Of a stretch of 33,434 nucleotides of DNA, positions 1-9,095 are shown piece after piece; the stretch's first letter is position 1, and each line of letters starts with the position of its first letter. The stretch is from positions 132,344,147-132,377,580 of the forward strand of contig NC_068982.1 of NCBI RefSeq assembly GCF_001194135.2, in the 5' to 3' direction. A model generated the notes under the pieces. It was given only the letters and a program-made list of their open reading frames with translations, made no database searches and had not been told where the DNA came from. Position numbers and translations under genes: made by a program. The DNA is from Octopus bimaculoides. Its lineage: Eukaryota.

Positions 1-290
1 GGTGGCTCTCAACAGGTTGTCCCGCAGAAATCTCCAATTGTCTTCCACATTGTATGATGCTATATCCCCTTCTATTTCGTCAAATGCTTCAAGTAACTTG
101 TCTCTAAGTCTCTGTCCATTTTCAGGGTCTTTAAACTTCCATACCCTTCTCCTCCAAGCCGGTCTACTTCTGGGCAACCATATTGCCTTGATCTCGAAGT
201 CGCTGACTACTAATCTGTGTTGGGGTGTACATTCTTCGCTAGGGAGGGTTTTGGCATTTATAAGCCTCCCTCTTTCTCTATTTCTGGCGA
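1..290 (-). mobile_element. RTE-type LINE fragment (end of the AP endonuclease plus linker), running off the window edge
   Basis: An open minus-strand frame reads LARNRERGRLINAKTLPSEECTPQHRLVVSDFEIKAIWLPRSRPAWRRRVWKFKDPENGQRLRDKLLEAF...NWRFLRDNLLRAT, containing the APE C-terminal QHRLVVxD motif. It abuts an (AT)n run. Confidence 0.8.
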
Positions 291-332
<42 letters not shown>

Positions 333-386
333 GTACACACACACACAGACATATATATATATATACATACACACATACATATGTCT

Positions 387-479
387 AAAATATAGAGTAG
401 AGTAAATTGAAAATGCAAAGTGTTTAGGCAGTCTGACTGCCTAAACTTTGCGTTTTCAGTTTTCTCTACTCTATATTTT
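387..479. repeat. Imperfect palindrome with ~45-bp arms and a 3-nt loop
   Basis: AAAATATAGAGTAGAG..TGAAAATGCAAAG..TTTAGGCAGT-ctg-ACTGCCTAAAC TTTGCGTTTTCA..CTCTACTCTATATTTT. Confidence 0.9.
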
Positions 480-626
480 TTCACCTTGGCTCTCTATGAA
501 CACTCCGTAAACAATGTTTTTCATTTATTTATTGTATTAACACGTATTTTTATATGCATATTTATTTCTATTTTTTATTAATTATCATGTAGTAAGATAC
601 GTACATTGATTTTTATTTTTATTCTA

Positions 627-733
627 GACCTGATGAGTGACTATATTTTTAAATAGAATTAAATTTCGATCGATTTATTTTTGAATTGAATTGATTTTAT
701 CTATTTTAATATAGCCATGAAACACGCGTAGTC
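627..733 (+). ncRNA. Candidate type I hammerhead ribozyme with an extended stem II (Penelope pLTR-like)
   Basis: GAC (627-629), CTGATGA (630-636), a long AT-rich hairpin GTGACTATAT...ATATAGCCAT, GAAA (719-722), CACGCG, TA (GUA triplet ending at 730), GTC (731-733). Stem I is only 3 bp. Stem III is minimal and contains the palindrome ACGCGT. Confidence 0.55.
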
Positions 734-901
734 AACTTATTGCTATTTACCTTTCATGCTTTATCAATTCACTACTATTTACTTTCTATGCTTTATCGAA
801 TTCTTAGATTAGTATTTTTATAGTGTATTTTTTCTGGATGGTGTCATTGGGGTCTTTCATTATCTGAATTATATAATGGTGGTTCTTCTCTAAATTATAT
901 A

Positions 902-1677
902 NNNNNNNNNNNNNNNNNNNNNNNNNNNNNNNNNNNNNNNNNNNNNNNNNNNNNNNNNNNNNNNNNNNNNNNNNNNNNNNNNNNNNNNNNNNNNNNNNNN
1001 NNNNNNNNNNNNNNNNNNNNNNNNNNNNNNNNNNNNNNNNNNNNNNNNNNNNNNNNNNNNNNNNNNNNNNNNNNNNNNNNNNNNNNNNNNNNNNNNNNNN
1101 NNNNNNNNNNNNNNNNNNNNNNNNNNNNNNNNNNNNNNNNNNNNNNNNNNNNNNNNNNNNNNNNNNNNNNNNNNNNNNNNNNNNNNNNNNNNNNNNNNNN
1201 NNNNNNNNNNNNNNNNNNNNNNNNNNNNNNNNNNNNNNNNNNNNNNNNNNNNNNNNNNNNNNNNNNNNNNNNNNNNNNNNNNNNNNNNNNNNNNNNNNNN
1301 NNNNNNNNNNNNNNNNNNNNNNNNNNNNNNNNNNNNNNNNNNNNNNNNNNNNNNNNNNNNNNNNNNNNNNNNNNNNNNNNNNNNNNNNNNNNNNNNNNNN
1401 NNNNNNNNNNNNNNNNNNNNNNNNNNNNNNNNNNNNNNNNNNNNNNNNNNNNNNNNNNNNNNNNNNNNNNNNNNNNNNNNNNNNNNNNNNNNNNNNNNNN
1501 NNNNNNNNNNNNNNNNNNNNNNNNNNNNNNNNNNNNNNNNNNNNNNNNNNNNNNNNNNNNNNNNNNNNNNNNNNNNNNNNNNNNNNNNNNNNNNNNNNNN
1601 NNNNNNNNNNNNNNNNNNNNNNNNNNNNNNNNNNNNNNNNNNNNNNNNNNNNNNNNNNNNNNNNNNNNNNNNNNNNN
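902..1677. other. Assembly gap (776 N) flanked by AT-rich/(AT)n sequence
   Basis: N run. Other gaps are at 2983-2992, 7885-7957, 9786-10778, 12040-12182, 13464-13843, 17865-17874 and 31688-31863. Confidence 1.
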
Positions 1678-2039
1678 TATATATATATACCTCATTATAA
1701 GATGCATAGGGTATATAGCTAGCTTTATATTTAATTTCCTTCATACAATGGTGGTACAAAATATGTTCACATATATAGACACACAAGTTAGAAAGGGAAC
1801 ATTACCTCATGGTGATAGTGATTATGATACACAGCAACAACGATGATGATGATGATTTCTGGTCAAATCACATCAGCTTAGCAACAATCCTTTGAGTATT
1901 CAATGAATGTGTGCAATATAGAAAGCAAAACCCTATTGTGAAGACAGTATGTCTCATAATAAGGACATGAAAGCCACAACTGGAATCTTAATCATGACTG
2001 TTCCTTTTGTTCTCTTGAGATGATTAGTTTTTCCAATTA

Positions 2040-2219
<180 letters not shown>

Positions 2220-2364
2220 CTACAGAGAAATCAAATGTTACATATGGATATACAATACATATATGATAAACTCACACACACAAATACACACACACACACA
2301 CACACAAAAACACACACATAAACATACATTTATGTGTGTGTGTATATATATATGTATGTATATA

Positions 2365-2430
<66 letters not shown>

Positions 2431-2715
2431 TACTTGTATACATAGGTATATATATGTATATATATACTTTATTATAAGATACATAGGGTATAAAATTAGT
2501 CTCAGCAAGTTATTTTTCATGAAAACAATGTAAAAAAATCCATATAGATTATAAATTATTTAAGACTGAGACAAAAGTCCATAAAAGGGAAAAAATAATT
2601 GTGTGTGTATGCATGTGCATGTAAATATGTATATACATAAATACATACATACATATATGTATATATAGATAGATATGTGTGTGTGTGTGCGTGTGTGTGT
2701 GTGTGTTTACATGTA

Positions 2716-2932
2716 TATTGGGTCATCCCATAAATAATGCGGTTTTTTTCAATTGCATGAATTAAAAGTCAGAGGAGAATGGGATAAACTACCTGCATCA
2801 ACTTGCTATAAAAGCAGGCAGTAATTTTACCCTGTACTTACTTATTCTTAGTACAAATTTTGAAGAGTGCAGTCTGATTTTAACAGTTATTTTTTCAAAG
2901 CTATAATGGAAGTGACAAAGGAGCATATTCAG
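2716..2932 (+). mobile_element. 5' fragment of a mariner-type DNA transposon
   Basis: TA followed by the mariner-like TIR TTGGGTCATCCCATAAATAATGCGG, then an ATG reading MEVTKEHI, which resembles mariner transposase N-termini. It is truncated afterwards. Confidence 0.6.
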
Positions 2933-3060
2933 CAACACAGGGCTATAGTAGAAACTGAAAGAAATCCTTCGTGCGTGTGTGTNNNNNNNNNNGTGTGTAT
3001 GTGTGTGTTATGTATGCATACCACTGCCGCCGCCGCCGCCGCCACCACCACCACCACCAT

Positions 3061-3310
3061 AATCATCATCATCATCATTTAACATCTGTTTTGCCTGCTG
3101 ACAGGGTTTAGATGGTTTGATAGGAACTGGTAAGTCAGAAAGCTGCACCAAGCTCCAGTCTGATTTGGCTTGGTTTCTACAGCTGAATGCCCCTCCTAAT
3201 ACCAACCACTCCACAGAGTGCAACAGGGGCCCCTTAGATGCCACCTGTATGGGTGACTTTAATTTGTCACCATCATGGGCGTCTTTCACATGTCATTGAC
3301 ATGAGTGCCT
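3061..3310 (-). mobile_element. (GAT)n-tailed SINE-like retroposon (family A), diverged copy
   Basis: Homologous to copies at 3382-3590, 6297-6598, 7994-8268 and 15745-16250, sharing the CCAATCTGATTTGGC...TTTCTACAGCTGGATGCCCTTCCTAACGCCAACCAC core and a (CAT)n tail on the + strand. Confidence 0.85.
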
Positions 3311-3381
3311 TTTATGTATCACAGGCTCAGGGGCCAAGTATATGTTTGTATGCATGTTTGTGTCCTCTCATCTTGATATTG

Positions 3382-3590
3382 CATCGTCATCGTCGTCGTC
3401 ATTTAACGTCCACTTTCCATGCTAGCATGGGTTGGACGATTTGACTGGGGATCGGCGAACCAGATGGCTACACCAGACTCCAATCTGATCTGGCATGGTT
3501 TCTACACCTGGATGCCCTTCCTAACGCCAACCACTCAGAGAGTGTTGTGGGTGCTTTTTACATGCCACCGGCACGAGGGCCAGTCCGGCT
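3382..3590 (-). mobile_element. Family A SINE-like retroposon copy
   Basis: Same core (TTTCTACACCTGGATGCCCTTCCTAACGCCAACCACTC) and tail (CATTTAACGTCCACTTTCCATGCTAGCATGGGTTGGAC). Confidence 0.85.
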
Positions 3591-4374
3591 TTTGTGATAG
3601 TTGTATTTGAGTGTCACCATCATACAAGTGATTTCCTTCTTTTCTGATCTTCCATGAAAACATATCCTGTCATAGGGAAATATCACTTTAGTTGGAAACA
3701 GTTGAAAGTTAGCAACAGTAACAGTATCAAACCATAAAAAATCCGCTGCAAAAGATTTTGTCTGACCAATGCAAGCATGGGAAGTGGATATTAAAGTTAT
3801 GATGGTAATGATAAGGATGATGATGATGATGATGGTGATGATGAAATACAATTTCAAAAATATCAGAGGACATGAGACTTATGTAACCTAGACATTTTCC
3901 TAAGTGTCATAAGTATTATAGGATATTTAACAGCAGCATACAGGAAGTTAGCTTTTTTTGTTCAGAGAACTTCACTTCACTGGTTAACCAATGTGAAGTG
4001 AAAAGACTTGCTGAAGCCAATGAAAATAAAACCAACTATAAATGTAATGGTGTAAGCTGAACAATTGTCTCTCTAACAGCATTTCCTTGATCAAAGGAGT
4101 AGTATATATAAAGAGCTAAAGTCCTAAGAGATGATAGCTCTACATACAAAACTTACACCATAACAACAAAAAATGGCTTTAGAAGAGATTTACTAGCACA
4201 AAATTTCTTTTTACTCTATTCAAATAAGTTTCTCAACTGAAAAAAGCTGGTTTGGCTCCTTTCATAATCCATTGGTCAATCATAGAAACATGGGTCCTAC
4301 TATCATTCTATGAAATACTTGTTATGTATAAGTGGGAAGTATTTTGTCCTATTTCATAAGTGGGAAGTATTTTG

Positions 4375-4690
4375 GGTAAATTTTCAGATTAACACATGCA
4401 CGATTTTCACTAGTGTGTTAGGGTTTTAGGGTCAGGGTTAGGGTTTTAGGGTTAGGGTTAGGGTTAGGGTTAGGGTTAGGGTTTAAGGTTAGGGTTAGGG
4501 TTAAGGTTACAGTTAGGGTTAAGAACGGAATTCCTTAACCCTAACCCTAAAACCGTAACCGTAACCGTAACCGTAACCCTAACCCTAACTTGTTTTCTGG
4601 ATATCTAAACCTTAACCCTAAAACTAACCCTAAAACCCTAACCCTAACACTTTAGTGAAAAGTGTACGGGTGTTAATCTGAAAATTGACT
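4375..4690. mobile_element. Palindromic MITE-like element with head-to-head (TTAGGG)n/(CCCTAA)n arrays, ~45-bp non-telomeric inverted ends and an 8-bp TSD
   Basis: The TSD GTATTTTG is at 4367-4374 and 4691-4698. The left end GGTAAATTTTCAGATTAACAC matches the reverse complement of the right end, AGTCAATTTTCAGATTAACAC. TTAGGG repeats run to ~4520 and CCCTAA/CCGTAA repeats from ~4535. Confidence 0.8.
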
Positions 4691-5273
4691 GTATTTTGTC
4701 CTTTTTTCATACAAATCAGTTTTAAACTAAAAATCTGAATTACCTAAATGCCAGTGCCACCTGACCGGCTCCTCTTTGCCGGTGGCACGTAAAAAGCACC
4801 ATACAAACATGATCAATACCAGTGCTCCCCAACTGGCTCCTGTTTGTTTCATAAATTTTTGTTTCATAAATTCTTGGTTTCTAAAATGGTTTTTGCTTGA
4901 AACTTGTTCTCTTTACTTCAGATGTTATAACTATATTATACTTTAACTCTATGTAACCCTGTTCCAATGCAACATGATTCTGTTTTATTTAACTTCATTT
5001 TATTAAATTTTAATGCTTTTACTGTTTTTTTCATCAACTGCCAATTGTATGAGCCAACAGTGTTAATTAATTCTAAATGACATAATTCCCGGTCCAATCA
5101 GTTCTGAATGTCTATTTGATAATTTACCAAATAATTATTCCTGATTTGTAAATAAATATTCATAAACCAATGTATTGTTCCCAAATTTTCCTTCTATCTG
5201 GCAATCTGTCACATGAAATTCAATAAAACACTACATACATCCACACACACATTTATGTATGTATGTATGTATG

Positions 5274-5300
<27 letters not shown>

Positions 5301-5304
<4 letters not shown>

Positions 5305-6270
5305 TATTTTAATTAGATAGTTGAAAATGTAAATTTATTTTCTTTGTAAACAAGTTAATGACGGTAAAATTCAGAAATAACAACATTGTGCTGTTTGTTA
5401 AAGATCTAAATTCTTCAGACTGTATTCTACAAACTCTTTTACAGCATTATTAAAATTCGAGCATGTTTATATAGTTAATTACATTTAATGTAATTAAATA
5501 TATTCAATTTAATTAAATTTACTTAATGTAATATTCTCTCTACAGACTATATTTTTATCATCCTAGCCATTGTTATCTTCTCTTGTATAATATGAGTAGC
5601 AATGTGGCTCCTCTCTTGCAAGAAACTGGTTCTGTTCTTGCCTCTTCTCTCTCATTTTACCTCCTCATCCTTTACCATAAAACTGCCTCTTTCTCTCTAC
5701 TATAGCCCAATTCAATTGATGGGAAGCTATGTCTGGCAGGTTGCATGGTGATTTTATTAATGCTGTACTATGTAAAAATAACAAACTGTAAAAATACCAA
5801 CCGTAAAAAGGTTGACATTAGTAAGAGTATCCAGTCAAGACCTCTGCTAAAGCAGACATTGGAATACGATGCAGTCCTCTTACACCAGCCACCCTATGCC
5901 AGCATGGAACATGATCATTAAACGATGATGATGATGATGAGGAGGAGGAGGAGGAGGAGGAGCAGGAGGAGGATTCTCTATGCTGTGTTGTACTTTTTAA
6001 GCTTCTTTCACAACATTCACAAATATCAGTTCAAAACAGAAAACTGATAAATTCAACTGTCAGTTTTTATGATCATAGACACGTCTGTAAAAGTTTTTTC
6101 AAATAACTATTTTATGACTCCTGAACACGTATATATATATACATATATATATATTCTCTCTCTTTTCATAGTTCAGAAACCATTTTTGTAACAAGTGTAA
6201 AATTGTTAAGATATATTTTCATATATTCAATTAAAATCAACTGGTATCATGTTGTATCATGTTTTCTGGA
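5301..6270. repeat. Old AT-rich interspersed repeat, split by an insertion at 5540-5972; inverted homologue at 8625-9095
   Basis: Segments 5301-5539 and 5973-6270 align colinearly with the reverse complement of 8625-9095, e.g. TTGAAAATGTAAATTT, ACAAACTCTTTTACAG, TTGTACTTTTTAA, TCATGTTTTCTGG. Identity is roughly 75-80% by eye. Confidence 0.75.
5540..5972 (+). mobile_element. Retroposed insertion ending in a family A tail plus (GAT)n(GAG)n, with a 7-bp TSD
   Basis: ATTCTCT occurs at 5533-5539 and 5973-5979, whereas the uninterrupted homologue at ~8855 has it once. The 3' end is CCCTATGCCAGCATGGAA..TTAAACGATGATG. Confidence 0.65.
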
Positions 6271-6296
6271 TGTATATGTGTATATGTGTGTGTGTG

Positions 6297-6598
6297 ATCT
6301 TCATCATCATCATTGTTTAACATCTGTTTTCAATGCTGGCATGTGTTGGACGGTTTGACTGAGGACTGGTGAGCCAGTTGGCTGCACCAGGCTCCAATCT
6401 GATTTGGCAGAGTTTCTACAGCTGGATGCCCTTCCTAACGCCAACCACTCTGAGAGTGTAGTGGGTGCTTTTATGTGCTACTGGCACGAGGGCTAGTCAG
6501 GTGGTACTAGCAATGGCCACGCTCAAAATGGTGTTTTTTACATACCACCTGCACAAGAGACAGTCCAGCAGCACTGGCAACGACCTCGCTCGAATGTG
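6297..6598 (-). mobile_element. Family A SINE-like retroposon, inverted partner of 7994-8268
   Basis: About 170 nt match the reverse complement of 8098-8268 with 6 mismatches by manual alignment. Confidence 0.9.
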
Positions 6599-6600
6599 GA

Positions 6601-7884
6601 TTACATAGATTTAATAAAGTGCATGAAAGATGAGTAGTACCTGTGTTTACAAGAATAAATTACATCAGAGAATCTATTAAGTAATGAGGAGTTATGAAGG
6701 TGAAGAATGGCTAATGATTCTTTTAGGCATAACTTACATTTGCCAGTGTTTGCATTGTATGAGGGAGCCTCACTTACAATGGACCAGGATAAGGTGTATG
6801 GAATATTTTGAGATTTAAGATTGTGTAAATAAGTTGCTAAGGAGGTTGATAATTTAGAACTTGGATTGGAGAAAGAGTTAATGTGTGCACAGTAGTGGCA
6901 CTTGAAATCTACCATGTCGCTGATATATATCCTTACTTGGTGAGAGTGTGGTGTTATAACACAGTATTTGTAGATTACATTTTTGCATAGACAGGAGCCT
7001 CCAAGAGGGCATAGCTGAGAAACCTGACAACTGCAAGTTTTCCTACCTGCTATGTGGTTGGAATTTATTGCTAGTGAAGTTGAGCTCTATTGGTTCATTG
7101 TTAGTGGGGGGTGGGGGAGAGTCTGAAGTGCAATCTGTATCAATACTGGATTAGGAAGTGGTATTACAGCTAGTATTTGTTGTTGCAGAGGTAGAATTGT
7201 GGGATGATGGCTTGGATCTGGTATTATTTAACAGAGTGGGGTTACTAAGAGTTGTTATTGTTAATATGTGGGTTAATTTGTGGTGCAGTGTGAGAGTTTA
7301 GGTATTCTGAGGACTGGTGTTGGAGTTTGCATTTGTTTGAGTTGGCAATTATGGATCCCAAATTAAGTGTGGTGAAGTAGGAGATTTTCACAGATGATTT
7401 GTCAAAAATGGGATGGTATTTATGCTGTGGTAGAAAATTAGATTTTAGGATTTTAAAGAAGAGTTTAGGTAGAGATTTAACTTGGAGAGAGAAAGGTAGT
7501 GTGAACCACAAGGTTTCCCACTTCCTGGCCTTAGAATGTTTAGAGTGTGTGGTTGTAATGGGTTGATCAGGAGCAGGAGGGAGGCTTGTAGTTGTTTTAG
7601 GCTCGGGGTAGCCAGTGGGGCAGCTGAGTGCGATGTGTAAGGTTTTTTTTTTTTTGAGAGTTGTTGGATTGATGTAGAGTGGAAGTATTGTCCATAGGTT
7701 CAGGGTTAGTATTGGGAAAAAGATGTGCTGTGTTAGTTTTAAGCTTAGTGTTAATGATATAATAGACCTCTTCATGGAAGCCACTTATCTGGAGGGCCTC
7801 TGCTCAAGTTTAAACCTCTTGAGCCCTATGAAGTGTATTCTATATGGAGAATATCTGTCTCTCATCTATAAACCAAATATACAT
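6601..7884 (-). mobile_element. Degenerate Penelope-like element: RT thumb/linker plus C-terminal GIY-YIG endonuclease
   Basis: ALQISGFHEEVYY, then LWFTLPFS..FFKILKSNF..HKYHPIFDKSSVKISY (the WFNPPYS...KVSYS block of invertebrate PLEs). In frame with ORF 6601..6915 is KTCSCQVSQLCPLGGSCLCKNVIYKYCV...RIYISDMVDFKCHY...TSLATYLHNLK...WSIV...CKLCLKE...LLN...SCKHR, a CxC linker plus GIY-YIG with CCHH-type Cys/His. YIG is changed to YIS and the usual Arg to His, and there are frameshifts. Confidence 0.85.
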
Positions 7885-7957
7885 NNNNNNNNNNNNNNNN
7901 NNNNNNNNNNNNNNNNNNNNNNNNNNNNNNNNNNNNNNNNNNNNNNNNNNNNNNNNN

Positions 7958-7993
<36 letters not shown>

Positions 7994-7997
<4 letters not shown>

Positions 7998-8268
7998 CCC
8001 CTGGACTGGCCTCTGTGCAGGTGGCATTGAAAAACACCATTCAAGCGCATGGCCGTTACCAGTACTGCCTGACTGGCCCTTGTGCTGGTGGCATGTAAAA
8101 GCACCCACTACACTCTCGGAGTGGTTGACGTTAGGAAGGGCATCCAGCTGTAGAAACTCTGCCAAATCAGACTGGAGCCTGGTGCAGCCAACTGGCTCAC
8201 CAGTCCTCAGTCAAACCGTCCAACCCATGCCAGCATTGAAAGCAGGTGTTAAACAATGATGATGATGA
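7994..8268 (+). mobile_element. Family A SINE-like retroposon with (GAT)n tail
   Basis: Family core and 3' end CAAACCGTCCAACCCATGCCAGCATTGAAAGCAGGTGTTAAACAATGATGATG. Confidence 0.9.
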
Positions 8269-8269
8269 T

Positions 8270-8312
8270 CAAATCGTCCAACCCATGCTAGCATGTAAAG
8301 CGGATGTTAAAC

Positions 8313-8364
<52 letters not shown>

Positions 8365-8367
8365 TTG
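8270..8367 (+). mobile_element. Severely 5'-truncated family A copy (~45 nt plus a long (GAT)n tail) directly behind the previous tail
   Basis: CAAATCGTCCAACCCATGCTAGCATGTAAAGCGGATGTTAAAC followed by a long (GAT)n run. Confidence 0.75.
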
Positions 8368-8624
8368 ATGATGATGATATATATATATATATGGAGACAG
8401 AGACAGACAGACTGAAAGATAGAAATTCCATAACTGTTTTGAAAAGAATTTCTGAATCCCAGCCCAATACAATAAAAGAATGTGTTTAGTGGTGACAGTG
8501 TGGTTTATTTGGCTATTGTTGTGGACATCAGCTGCAGTATAACTAAAGTTGTATACCAAGTCATCTTTTGAATAACAAAATATTTTAGTATTTCAGAAGA
8601 GATATTTTCACAATGTCAATACAA

Positions 8625-9095
8625 TACCCAGAAAACATGACATAGCATTTGAAATATCATGTTGAATTTAATTCAATATATAAAAGTATATTTAAACAAA
8701 TATTAGATTTCCTGCCAAAATGTTTCTGAAATATGAATAGAGAGAGAATATATATTCAGGAGTTATAGTTATCTCAACAATTTCTGCAGAAATATCTGTG
8801 ATAAAACTGATGTCAGAGGATGTTGAGAAAAAGTTTAAAAAGTACAAGATTGCATAGAGAATATTACATTAAACTGTTAATTAAATTAAATATAATTAAT
8901 TACATTTAATACAATTGACTATGTGAACAAACTCAAATTTTGATATTACTGTAAAAGAGTTTGTAAACTATATTCTAAAGAAATGAGATATTTAGCATAT
9001 AGTACAATGTTGCTATTTCTAAATTAAGCCGTAATTAATTATATACAAAGAAAATGAAATTTACATTTTCAAATATTTAATTAAAATACGTTACA
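8625..9095. repeat. Uninterrupted copy of the old AT-rich repeat, inverted relative to 5301-6270
   Basis: Its reverse complement aligns to 5301-5539 plus 5973-6270. Confidence 0.75.

Noticed and set aside
4415-4655. Chromosome end-to-end fusion site or true telomere, suggested by the (TTAGGG)n-(CCCTAA)n arrangement
   Set aside because: The arrays are short, lie inside an intact intron between colinear exons, and are bounded by inverted ends plus an 8-bp TSD. An insertion explains them better.
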